Assembly: GCF_964194155.1 (NCBI RefSeq)
Contig: NC_135887.1
Location: forward strand, 95,294,001 to 95,358,000
DNA: 64,000 nucleotides
From: Cetorhinus maximus
Lineage: Eukaryota
Direction: 5' to 3'
Of this stretch, positions 12,535 through 23,745 are shown piece after piece; the stretch's first letter is position 1; every line of letters begins with the position of its first letter. Both the position numbers and the translations under genes were made by a program. The notes below the pieces were generated by a model. The model saw only the letters and a list, made by a program, of their open reading frames with translations. It was not told the origin of the DNA and ran no database searches.

Positions 12535-14794
12535 TTTTCTTCTCCACCGATGCTGCCAGACCTGCTGAGTTTTTCCAGGTAATTCTGTTTTTGTTTTGGA
12601 TTTCCAGCATCCGCAGTAGTTTTTTGTTTTTATTCACCAAAACTCTGTTTTCTGTCCCTTAACCAATTTTGTATTCATACTACTACTTCCCATTTTAACC
12701 CATGGTCTTCTATTTTGCTAACAAGATTTGATACTTTATCAAAAACCTTTCAAAAGTCTAGACGCTCATCAACTGCACTGCCTTCATCCACCTTCTCTGT
12801 TACCTCATCAAGAAACTCAACCAACTTCGTCAAATACAATTTTCCTTTAACAAATCCAGGTTGGCTGTCTTTTATAAGCCCATGCTTTATTAGTGGCTAT
12901 TACTTGTAAGGTGGATTATTGTTTCTAAAAGTTTCCCACCAGCAACATCAAAATGACTAGGCTGTAGTTGCCAGGTTTATCCTTCTCCCCTTTTTTTTGA
13001 ATGAGGGTATAATATTTGCAATCCTCTTACACCATCGCTGTACCGAAGGAGAATTGAAAGGTAACGGTTAGCACCTCTGCAGGTTTCACCTTTACTTCCC
13101 TTGGCTACCGAGAATGCATCACATCCAAACCAGGTGACTAGCTTAATTTCAATACGGTCTGCATAGTACCTCCTCTGTATCTATTTCTATCTCATCCAGT
13201 ATCCCAACAAACTCCTTGTTTACCATATCCTTAGCAAAGACCTCTTTCTTGGTAAACACCACTGTCAAGTACTCACTTGACACCTCAGCCATACCTTCTG
13301 CCTCTACCAACTGATTTCCATTTTGATCTCTGATCAACCTCACGGTTTCTTTGACAAAGCTTTTACTGTTAATATGCCAATAGACAACCTCTGGATTCCC
13401 TTTTATGTTAGTCGCTAATCTCTTCTCATACTGTCTCTTTGTCCCTTTTATTTCATTTTCATTTCTCTTCTGTACATTTTATATTCAGCCTGATTCTCCA
13501 TTGTATTATCAAGCTGACACTTGTCATAAATCTCATTTTCCTGTTTCATGCTACCTTTTAACTCCTTCACCATCCAATGAGCTCTGGTTTTGATTGGCTT
13601 TCTTTTCTCCCTTTTGAGAATCTAGTCTATACCAAAATCTCTCCTCTTTAAAGGTCACCCATTGTTCCAACACATTCCTGTCTGCTAGTCTTTGAACACA
13701 ATTTAATCAGGCTAGAGTCATTCTTAATTTACTGGAACTTACCTGGTTCAGCATTTTTATGCTATGTTGTCCCTTGTCCTTGTCCATTACGAATCTCAGT
13801 TTTATGATGCAATGATCCCAAAATGCTCCCCAACTGAATCATTCCCCACTTGACCCACTCCCAGGCTAATATTCAGCAATGCCCCTTTCCTTGATAGACA
13901 GGAAACATGCTGATTAAGAAAGTTTTCGTGAACACACTTCAGCAATTCTGCCCCCGTCAAGAAAACAAGAAACTGTAACATTTTTCATCTGATAATATCA
14001 CTGTCATATTTCTTATGTACTAGAAGATATGCTGTTGGGGGTTGTAAATATGGTAATTGGAGTAAGAGCCAGAGAGTCTAAGACCAACAGTAGGAAGTGG
14101 TTTTGATATGTTGATGAACCAAGAGGAACTTCAATCAGAGTTTTACATAAAGCAATAACAGAAGTAGTTTTGAATTGAGTTGTTTTAGTTCAAAGGCAGA
14201 TATATGCAGATTGTAAGAGGTGTAAGTAAGATAAAGATAGGGTAAATTTGTTTTTTCAGCCTAAGAGTTCAGGTAAAGAAGCGAGTAATCAATTCTAGGA
14301 AGAAAGCATTTCTGAAGAGACTGGTTGTGATAATAGGGAAATCAAAGGGAAGGAACACATTTAAGGAAATACTGAAGCGTAGGTGGGGGTAGCCGCTTAG
14401 ATCTCCCAGAAGACAGCAGGATAGTTGGCCAGACCTGCCAGAAGACAGTGTGAACAAGGCCAGACTGGGAGAACCAATTGGTGCCAACTTCAGAGGACAC
14501 CACAAAGGAAAAGGCACTGTGTGGTAAAAATAACTGGAATTCTATAGATTTTAAAATCTACAAGAATAGTTGCTGAACAGAAAAGGGGAAGGTTAGCTCT
14601 GCGGGTAGTTAAGTTAAGATCTTTTGGAACTGTTGTAAAGTACTGTTAACTGTGTACAGCCATTCTTGTGTTTAAATGTAATTGTGTTTTTTTTTGGCTT
14701 TAACTTCATTAATAAATGTTTACTCCACTATAAAATCATCACAGGTAGTCTGAGACATCATTTCCTGATTTCAGAACTTCTCCTCATATTATAC

Positions 14795-15016
14795 TACAGT
14801 AATTGTAGCTTTAAGGAATGTAGTGACTGTAGATTTAAAACTTATTGTGTTGTATAATATCACATGACAGTGTGAATCTAAGCGCAGGGAATCGTAGAGT
14901 AGGAGTTCTTCTTCTAGTTGTGGAGCTTGATGGAAGCATGTAACTCCTGCTGCAGCCTGTAAATAAAGTTCAATGTTTCTAATGAGGAACCTGTCTGGAA
15001 AATCAAGTCCATAACA
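14795..15016 (+). repeat. 5' LTR of nested Gypsy
   Basis: Direct repeat of 18462-18692 ending GGAAAATCAAGTCCATAACA; contains AATAAA. Confidence 0.85.
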
Positions 15017-15019
15017 AAC

Positions 15020-15032
15020 TGGCAACAAGGAT
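15020..15032 (+). promoter_or_regulatory. primer-binding site, tRNA-Ser type (CpG-decayed)
   Basis: TGGCAACAAGGAT versus the tRNA-Ser(GCT) complement TGGCGACGAGGAT, 3 nt after the LTR. Confidence 0.65.
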
Positions 15033-15093
15033 AAATTGGGTCCGGCATTGTCCCTTGCCCAGCGACTGTAAGTATCTTGTTCAAACAGAAGAT

Positions 15094-18000
15094 ATGCCAC
15101 ATTTTGGCAGGATTGACCCCCTTCGAACCATCCATAGAGGATTGGTGTCATTATATAGAACAATTTGGGTTCTATTTCCAGGCAAACAAAATAACGGGGG
15201 AGGAAAAGAAGAGAGCAATTCTCCTAAGCGTTTGTGGGAGCAAAACCTATAATTTAATCTGAAGTTTGACAGCCCTGAATGCCCCCAATTTGAAAACCTT
15301 TAGTGAATTGTTAGACCTCATTAAGGGACACTTTCAACCCAAACCCTCAGTCACCATGCAGAGGTTCAGGCTTAATTTGAGGGTTAGAGCCACAGGGGAG
15401 ACCATTACTACATACGTGGCTAAATTGAAACAACTGACTGAACACTGTGATTTCAGGGAGACCATAAGCGATGTGCACTGGGATCGATTGGTCTGCAGTG
15501 TGCAATATGATGCCATTCAACGACAATTATTACCTGAAGTAAACCTCGATTTTAAAAATAGCACTCACAATGCAAAGTGCTGAACGGAATGCATAGGCTA
15601 TGCAAGGTGCACAAAATGGAGCCATTTTCCAGTTGGGGTGGGATTGAACAGTCGGGTGTGGCGCGAAAAGCCGGGACTCTGCCACGAAGCAGGAGGCAGT
15701 CCCCGCTACCAGAAAATTTAAAATAAATACAGGAAACAGCTCAGCAGCAAATCTGAAAATGAATTGTTACCAATGTGGAAGCAATCATACTCCTGAAACT
15801 TGCTGTTTTAAAGAGGTGGAGTATTATTTTTGCCATAAAAGAGGGCACATACTGAAGCACTATAAAGCAAGATTGAGACAGACACCCAAGCAGCGAATTA
15901 AATTAATCAAAGCGCATAATGTGGAAGAACCAGAAACCCCCAATTCTGATATTTACTCCCTATTTAATGTAAAAGTAGGGAAGACAGAGCCAGTCACTGT
16001 TACTCTACAGGTAAATGGAAAACCTTTAATGATGGAAGTGGACACTGGTGCTTCAACCACTGTAGTGGGAGGGCACACCTTCAAATATTTAAACAAGGAT
16101 ACTCAACAATTGAATTTGGAGCCAAATCGAAAACTTATACTGGCAAAACTATCCAAGCGAAGGGCATTACCATGGTACCTGTTTATTGTAAGCACTAAAC
16201 AGCACAACTCCCAATGATGGTAGTAGAAAGTGAAGGACCAAGCCTTCTAAGTCATGATTGGTTGAAAGAAATTAAACTAAATTGGTCTGAAATTTTCCAG
16301 CTATGAGTAGGAGGACTGCCAGAGCTGCTAAAGGTTTTTCAAGATGAACTGGCAAGAATCAAAGGCCTACAGGGTAAGATCTACATTGACTCGGAAGCAA
16401 CTCCTCATTTATTTAAAGCAAGGCCAGTGCCATATGTTATGAGGGAGAAGGTTGACACCAAATTGAACTGTTTAGAGACAATGGGGGTCGTACAGCTGGT
16501 TCAGCTCTCAGAGTGGGCAGCACTTATAGTCCCTGTCTTAAAACCAGATCAGACCTGTGGGGATCTGTGGGGATTATAAATTAACAGTAAACAAAGCAGC
16601 CAAGTTGGACAAGTACCCTATCCCCAAGATTGAGGATCTCTATGCTAAATTAGCAGGAGGGACAACTTATACTGAACTAGCTTTGAGTCACGGTATCAGC
16701 AGCTGGATCTGGATGATACCTCCAGAGAATTTGTGACCATTAACACCCATAAAAGGTTATATCAATACATGCGTCTGCCCTTCGGTGCTTCTTCAGCCTG
16801 TGCGATTTTCCAAAGGACAATAGTGAGTTTGCTGCTAGGACTACCTCAAATCGTGGTCTACCTGGACGATATCCCAATAATGGGGTACATGGAAGCTGAA
16901 CATTTGGCTAATTTGGAGGAAGTCTTGAAATGATTTTTGGAAGCAGAGGTGCACTTAAGAAAAGAGAAGTCATTTATTTGGGCAACTGGGTGGATGCCCA
17001 AGGGTTACACCCGATAGAAGGAAAAGTTAAAACTATCAAGGAGGCACCTTTGCCTAAAATTGTCTCTAAGCTCAAGTCATTCTTAGGTGGTTATTATTAT
17101 GGTTGATGCCTATCTAACTTATCAATGGTCTTAGCCCGTCTACACTCATTATTAAAGAAAAAACAGTGTTGGGTTTGGAAGTCACACCATGAAGAAGCCT
17201 TCACGAAAGTTAAACAACTCTTGCACTCTTCAAACTTGTTAGTGTAATACGACCTGACATAGGAACTGGTATTAACCTGTGACGCATCCCACCTTGTTCT
17301 TTGGGGAGGTGATGGCGTAGCGGTATTGTTGCTAGACTAATAATCCAGAAACCCAAGGTAATGCTCTGGGTTCAAATCCCACCATGGCAGATGGTAGAAT
17401 TTGAATTACAAGTCTAATGATGACCATGAAACCATTGTCGATTGTTGTGGCCGGGCATGGATGGTGATATCGAGAACGTGGTTACAATACCTAACTGTTG
17501 CAGCGCCTCTACACCCGTGGGAAGGACCTGGGTGAGCCTGCGCATGGGTTATGTCAGTCCTTTCCAGACACCACGTTCCTACTAATAATTGACATGCATT
17601 CCAAATGGCTAGATGTTTATGGGGGTTAGGTCACCAACGTCAGGTGCAACTATAGAAAAGTTACACCAAAGCTTTTCTATGCATGGATTGCTAGAAGCAA
17701 TTGTCTCAGACAATGGTACTGTGTTTACTAGCCCTGAATTTCAACAATTAGTGAGCCTAAATGGTATCAAACATGTAAAGATGGCACCATATCATCCATC
17801 ATCTAATGGATTAGTTGAGAGAGAAGTACAGACTGTTAGAGCTGGAGTGCAAAAATTAACAGGAGGATCATTGGAGACTAAACTTACATGTTTACTGTTT
17901 CACTATAGAATGACACTCCCCCCCACCCCCACCATTGGAATCAAAAAGCAACTCATGATTTGCATAATTGTTAGCAAGAATTTACTGTTGGTGAAGCAGT

Positions 18001-18372
18001 GTACTTCAGTGGTGGATTGAGTTGTTTACCTTATATAATAGCTTCTGTGACCAGACCCTTGTCGTACCACATAGAAGTGGAAGGCCAGATCACCCGCAAA
18101 CACGTGGATCATTTGAGAAATGAGAAGCCCCAACAAAATGATGTTCCACCTGTAACCATTTAAGAACCTGTGGTCCCTGTTGAAATTGTTCAACCAAGAA
18201 TAGACATGCAAAATGTTTCTGTTGGAATAGGTAACACTGAACTCCTTGTGCCTAAAGAGATACCTGATATTGCTGCAATTCCAGATTATGTGGGCCCTGT
18301 AAGAGATTCGAAGTTCTGGAGCTACGATGTTCCACCCGGATCATGAAACCACCTTAGAGACTGAACTTATAA
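15094..18372 (+). pseudogene. Gypsy gag-pol polyprotein remnant (many stops and frameshifts)
   Basis: ORF-track pieces 15055-15583 (gag), 15759..16217 (zinc knuckle, protease), 16733..16933 (RT YLDD) and 17613..18020 (integrase core). Confidence 0.85.
17303..17448 (+). mobile_element. tRNA-derived SINE, 5' part
   Basis: A-box-like TGGCGTAGCGG and B-box GGTTCAAATCC. Same family as 24480-24839 and 45875-46190. Confidence 0.75.
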
Positions 18373-18448
18373 TTCCATGACCCATGTATATATTTGTAAA
18401 GTCATGAAGGTAGATGTTCTTGTAAATACAAACTGTACAAAAAAATTT

Positions 18449-18461
18449 AAAGGGGGAGGAA
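18449..18461 (+). promoter_or_regulatory. polypurine tract
   Basis: AAAGGGGGAGGAA immediately before the TG of the 3' LTR. Confidence 0.8.
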
Positions 18462-18692
18462 TGTAGTAATTACAACTTTAAGGAATGTAGTGACTGTAGC
18501 TTTAAGATTTATTGTGTTGTATAGTATCACATGACAGTATGAATGAATCATCTCTTAGTGTGGGGAACCATAGAGTGTAAGTTCTTCTTCTAGTTGTGGA
18601 GCTTGATGGAAGCAAGTAACTGCTGCTGCAGCCTGAAAATAAAGTTTGATGTTTCTAATGAGGAGCCTGTCTGGAAAATCAAGTCCATAACA
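18462..18692 (+). repeat. 3' LTR of nested Gypsy
   Basis: TGTAG...TAACA, a direct repeat of 14795-15016. Confidence 0.85.
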
Positions 18693-18999
18693 TGCAATTG
18701 CAAAAACCATTTTGGCAGCTGTTTCAAGTTTCCCTTTGGGATTTAAGCAACTCACTATTTGCCATCAGCCATGCCATAACACCCCTCTATTCCCTTCACT
18801 GCCTGATTCAACCTTGGGGTAGTTAATGTCTCCCATTATCAGTACACTATAGTTCATGCACCTCTCAGTAATTTTCCTGCAAATCTGTTCCTCTAACTTC
18901 TTTCCACTGTATGGTAGCCTATAAAATACATCAAGAAGTGCAATTACTCCTCTATTATTTCTTAACCTCAATCAGGTTCTGCCTTTAAAAATAATTTCA

Positions 19000-19780
19000 A
19001 TAACCAGCTTGCTTGGCATTTGTATTCAGAGCTATTAACTTTTAATGACTTCTTTTTAAATCTCAATTTAATTTCTCTATTCTAAATTTTGATACACTAC
19101 ATTTGCTTTTTGTGGGAAGATCCTTAGTTTCCAACTAATCATCTCCTGTTTTAAGGTTTCCTATATTATTTGTGAATCCCTTATTTGCCAATTTTTCTTT
19201 ATAGCTCATTGAAGTTGTCTCTCTTGTCAATTACCTTTAATTACCTAATTATGTGGTCATCACTTAAGTGCTATCTACAATTATATCACCTACTTGCTCT
19301 ACTGTATTTCCTAAAACTGGATCCAGTCAAGTCCTTGGACTAAAAATGTACTGTATTTGAAAACACTTATGAATGTATGTCAGATACTCTTTTCCTTCAT
19401 TACCACTTTACTCCAACTGAGTATATATTTTGTCAATTGTAATTATTATGGCCTTGTTCCTGCAATTTTCTCCAAATTATCAAAATACCTTTTCCTCTAT
19501 CTTGTTCATACTGTTTGGTAGTCTATAATACACTTCCAATGGTATAACAGTTTCGTCTCTTATTCCCCAACTCAAAACAAATAGATTCGGCTTTTGCACT
19601 GTTACATAGCCCCATTCCTATTTCTAATGCTGTACGGAATCTTTGATTAACAATGACAACTTTCCTTTCCTCTCACATTATCCCTTCTGAACATTATGTG
19701 ACCAAGAATATTCACTTCTTAATCCGAGCTTAAGTCATGTCTTTGAAACATCTATTTTAAAAGTGGACATTCCAAACCTG
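19000..19780 (-). mobile_element. old CR1 endonuclease-region fragment
   Basis: Antisense similarity to the CR1 endonuclease segments elsewhere in the window (CTGTTTGGTAGTCTATAATACACTTCC vs 18908-18935). Confidence 0.5.
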
Positions 19781-19789
19781 CACCAATCG

Positions 19790-20062
19790 TCCTGAAGAAT
19801 AAAGACAGCAAGCACACAGAAATACCACCATCTGCAAGTTCTCTTCCAAGCCACACACCACCTTAACTTACAAATATATCACTGTTCTTTATGTCAGTGG
19901 GTCAAAATTTTGGAACTCCCTACCTAAATGTGCAGTGGGTTACCTACACCACACAGACTGCAGCAGCACAAGAAGTCGGCTCTCCAAAACCTTCTGAAAG
20001 GAAATTAATTATGGGCAATAAATATTAGCCTTGCGAGTGATGCCCACATCCCATTTTTTAAA
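19790..20062 (+). mobile_element. 3' end of the same LINE family as 1-144
   Basis: CACCATCTGCAAGTTCTCTTCCAAGCCACACACC...GGGCAATAAAT...GCCCACATCCC. Confidence 0.7.
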
Positions 20063-21039
20063 AATTCAGCGTACATGTGATTCAGCTGACTCACAAAATT
20101 AATGCTTGCATGTTTCTAGTCATAGGAGTTTTATTCAATAATAAATAGTTGTTTGGAATTTAGAAATTTCCATTTAATAGCCAGAAGCATGTGGGGAATT
20201 TGGGGAGGCATGAAGAGTTTTAAGGAGTGCACTGTGCCAATTTGTTCTGTCCAAAGATCTCAAATGTACATCATAGGACCCCAAAGTCTATATTAAAGCA
20301 GGCTTTCTGCCTGAAGCAGGCAGCTGCTTCAGCTGCCCTGTGGTAGGCCCCTATAAAAGTGGTAGCAGACAGAGTCCAGGAGTTAATGGGGCAATAAGAC
20401 TACTGACTCCATTTTGAAGGCATTCCTACCTCATTAACACTAATTTCGCCAAGTTAAAATTGATCCTCAAACATTTATTAGGTTAAAAAAAGTATTACCA
20501 TACACAAAGCCACAGTCATGTTTCACAAATTTTTGAACCTTTTGCCACAGAAAGGATTTGAAAATGAATTAAATTTAAAGAGTGTGTTTTAAATTAAAGC
20601 AATTCACACAGGTTTAAAATTCTCTTTAAAGCCATATATTATGGCTGTGAAGATGGAGAATTTTATTTGTTAATCAAACTGTATTGAAGATGTGTTTGTA
20701 CAAAAATCAGGTACAAAAGATAATTCATAATCTTGTCCAGGTTTCCTATGAACATTCACACTTGTTATCATTGGATAGCCTATTCATTTGAGGCCAGCAG
20801 CTGAGTGTTGAGAATTCAAATCCTTTCTGTGGAAAAAGATCCAAAAAATTGTGAAACAGTTTTTGTCTATATCTGGCTTTATTTTTTTAACCCACTCGAA
20901 GGTTTGGGATTTGATTGACAGTCATGCTGGTGAATCATTGAACGGGGAAGAAGTTGGAGGTATAAGGCATCCGCTTTCTGGAAAGAGAGAGAAGAAAACA
21001 ATCTTCAAGGTCAGTCAGTCAAAAAAGAGACAAGAACAA

Positions 21040-21110
21040 ACAATTACATTTATACAGTCCTTTTCATGGCCACCGGACGTCTCAAAGTGTTTACAGGCAA
21101 TGAAGTCAGT
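21040..21110 (-). mobile_element. short L2-tailed (DeuSINE/SacSINE-like) SINE 3' tail fragment
   Basis: CAATTACATTTATACAGTCCTTTTCATGGCCACCGGACGTCTCAAAGTGTTTACAGGCAATGAAG resembles, from memory, the antisense L2-type SINE tail (CATTTATATAGCGCCTTT...GGACGTCCCAAAGCGCTTTACAGCCAATGAAG). Confidence 0.45.
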
Positions 21111-22274
21111 CAGTTGGACTGTCTCCTGAAAGAAAGGCAATCTATTGTAGGTCTACTGTGGAACAAGCCAATGTAAGTGTTAGCCTGTTTCAATATTAGA
21201 CTGACTAAAAGAAAGCATTTGTTAGCTCTTTAACTCAAAGTAAAGCAACACAGTTTATTATTTTTCTTATTCACAAGAGGGATTTGAATTTAAGTGAAGG
21301 CAGTGAGTAAACTGTTACCCTAAATATTCACTTGGTGTCTCTCTAATTCAGGAGCCAGGAGAAGACATAGCCTGCTAGCACTGTAAAAATGTCAGATACA
21401 GTGAAAATGTGTAAACCAAACTGAAAAATATATCATGGCACTTGAGACTGTTTCAAGTCACCACAGTTGCAGGTTTAGGTTCTGGATTTGCTTTACCATC
21501 CCAGTTGTCAACGTTTTACTCATTTTCAAATATGTTACAAAATGGAGTGCCATGTAGCAATGGGTATTCTTCCTTAAAGCGACATTAACTACTCCCCTTT
21601 CTCACTTGTTTGCCAGGAATTCCCATGACATTCCCACTGTCCTTTCATTAGTATCTGTCATGGTGACATACATCAGGTACTTCATATGTTCTTAAATCAT
21701 GTGATTTGTAAAGAATTTGAATAGAGTTTATAGCCGTCAATCATACAGAAACAATGAAATGAAGGTCAAACCATTTAAACTCTTCACAAATGTTACTGAA
21801 AAGATTATATAGAGGCCGCTTGCCAATTTTGTATAAAACTGATTCTTTTTTAATAAAACCCTCCATTCCTTTCAGCTAGTCCTACTTAGGACAATAGTTC
21901 TACATCAGAGCCTCATTATTTAAATAGAGATTTCAGAATGCAAAACTACACATCAAATTCAGCTGCTATACTGATGCTGGTTAGCAGAGGCAAGGAAATA
22001 TTGAAAGGAGTGATAAAATAAATAAACTGAAACACAAACTCCCAGAATCTGAAGTTAACCATTTATATATATATATATATTATATATACCTTGAATGTCC
22101 AATCAGCTTCCTCTGCTGCAACACTCCCTTCCAACAACCCACCTGGCCAAATTTCCTTTAATGCTTCTTCTGCCCTCACTCTGAACTCTTATCTTTCTCT
22201 AGTTTCTCTCCTATCTCCCCTCATGCCCTCTCTGAGCTCATCTTGTCCATGTAACCCACCTCCTGTTCCCTCAA

Positions 22275-22305
<31 letters not shown>

Positions 22306-22309
22306 CAGG

Positions 22310-23745
22310 TACCATGCCCTAAGAGGGCAATCAAAACCTCCATGTTAATCTTGCTCTAGACGCATGGATAATCTTCATTGGTGGTACATCCATCTAGTTT
22401 GCCAGGCTCCTAAACAGATCATTCTTTGTCTACCTCGATCTCTTTTACCATTGATCTTCCCCATCAGCATCAGACTTTCTAAATTATGATTTCTTTTTGC
22501 GTGCCTATTCCAACGGTCTCTTCCTGATCTTTGTCAGCAGAGTTCTTTTGGTCTCATATGTTACTAGCACTTCTTCATTGGTAGTGTGACTTGTCCAAGA
22601 TATCTTCATTATTCACTTCAAAAACCACAACTCTGCAACCTCAATTCTTCTCTGCATTGCTTCACTGATCATCCAACACTCGCTTCCATGTGTCAAAATT
22701 GGTGCAATGTAGAATTCCAGGATTCTCAGCTTTGTTTTCATGGCTAATTTTGAGCTGTTCATAGTCTCTTTCATTTTTCAAAATACATCTTTGGCCATTC
22801 CAATCCTTTGTCTTATTTCTTGGCCACACTTCGCGTCCGATGTTAACATACTTCCTAGGTGACAAAATTAGTCTACCTGTTCGATCTTTTCATTCTGGTC
22901 TTTTTGGACACTGCTGGACATTGTATTTTCTTATAATTTATGCTCAGCCCTTTCTTCTCACTTTCACTCACTACTCTATCCAAAATCTTTTGCAGCTTCT
23001 CTTCAGAGTTGGCAATAAGAACAATGTCATTGGTGTATCTTATATTATTCAAGTTGTAACCTCCAACTAATAATCCAGGAAGGTTTTCAATCTCTCTAAG
23101 AATATTTCCACTGTGCAAACGGAATTAATCTGGGGAGAAAACACACCCCTGTTTGACTCCTCTTTTAATCTTCACAAAATCGCTTAACTTGTTCTCAACT
23201 TTTACAGCTGCACTTTGTTCCCAATAAAGATTTCTTATCACTGTAAGATCCTTGCCATCAAGTTCAAGAGACTCTAACATACTCAGTGGTTCTGGATGTT
23301 TCACCTTATCAAATGTCTTACTATAATCAATAAAATAAATGAATACATCTTTTTCATCTCTATGGTTCTTTCTGATAGCATGCATACCATTAAGATAGCA
23401 TTTCTCATTCCTCTATCTTCCAGGAAACAACACTGGAAAGCTGAAATTCCTGGCTTTATCTTGTTCTTGGTCCTATTCATCAGTACTCAAAGAAGGATCT
23501 TAGGAATGTGACTCATCAGACTGATAGAGGGATGGAGTTCACATTCAATTGCTCCGGGCTTTTTAGTGACCGCAGTAAATATTGATTTAGTTAAGTCTTC
23601 TGGGGTTTCTCCTGTGTTGTGAACTTCATTAAAGATAGAGTCAGTTTGTCTATTCCAACCCTTCTAAACGTTTAATTTGTTCAGTGACTATTTCATCTGG
23701 GCCTTTGGCTTTATTGTTTTTCATGTTATTTAGTGCTGTTCTTAC
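22310..23745 (-). mobile_element. RTE-clade LINE, RT and 3' end, degenerate
   Basis: KAKGPDEI, FIDYSKTFDKVKH, RGVKQGCVFSP, NNIRYTNDIVLIA. The 3' end abuts a (CT)n microsatellite at ~22276-22305. Confidence 0.8.

Larger units (their letters stand above)
10642..12629 (+). mobile_element. Penelope-like retroelement, 5'-truncated
   Basis: RT + GIY-YIG ORF. 14-bp duplication TTATTCACCAAAAC at 10628-10641 and 12630-12643. A 32-bp inverted copy of the 3' tail sits at the 5' junction (10635-10666 vs 12568-12599). Hammerhead motif in the 3' region. Confidence 0.9.
14795..18692 (+). mobile_element. Gypsy LTR retrotransposon with both LTRs, internally deleted and degenerate
   Basis: Direct LTRs at 14795-15016 and 18462-18692, PBS and PPT present. 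Motifs: gag, zinc knuckle CYQCG...YFCHKRGH, protease MEVDTGAS, RT RLPFG...VVYLDD, RNase H start (CDAS), integrase IVSDNG...PYHPSSNGLVER. Confidence 0.9.
13955..18781 (+). mobile_element. solo LTR related to the Gmr1-like LTR, interrupted by a Gypsy element
   Basis: Starts (C)GTCA and ends CATAACA, with CCCC TSD at 13951-13954 and 18782-18785. 18693-18781 matches the reverse complement of 2328-2410. About 930 bp once the nested element is removed. Confidence 0.7.
10198..18990 (-). mobile_element. CR1 LINE ORF2 remnant, split by Penelope (10642-12629) and solo LTR/Gypsy (13955-18781) insertions
   Basis: Colinear antisense CR1 segments at 10198-10641, 12630-13954 and 18782-18990 (ORF 18765..18971 LLDVFYRLP...IMGDINYP is endonuclease). 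The sequence rejoins across both insertions. Confidence 0.8.

Noticed and set aside
17303-17390. tRNA gene
   Set aside because: A and B boxes are present, but it continues into a SINE body repeated elsewhere and no complete cloverleaf is evident.
14791-18696. TSD for the nested Gypsy
   Set aside because: The flanks (ATAC / TGCA) do not match convincingly, so none is claimed.
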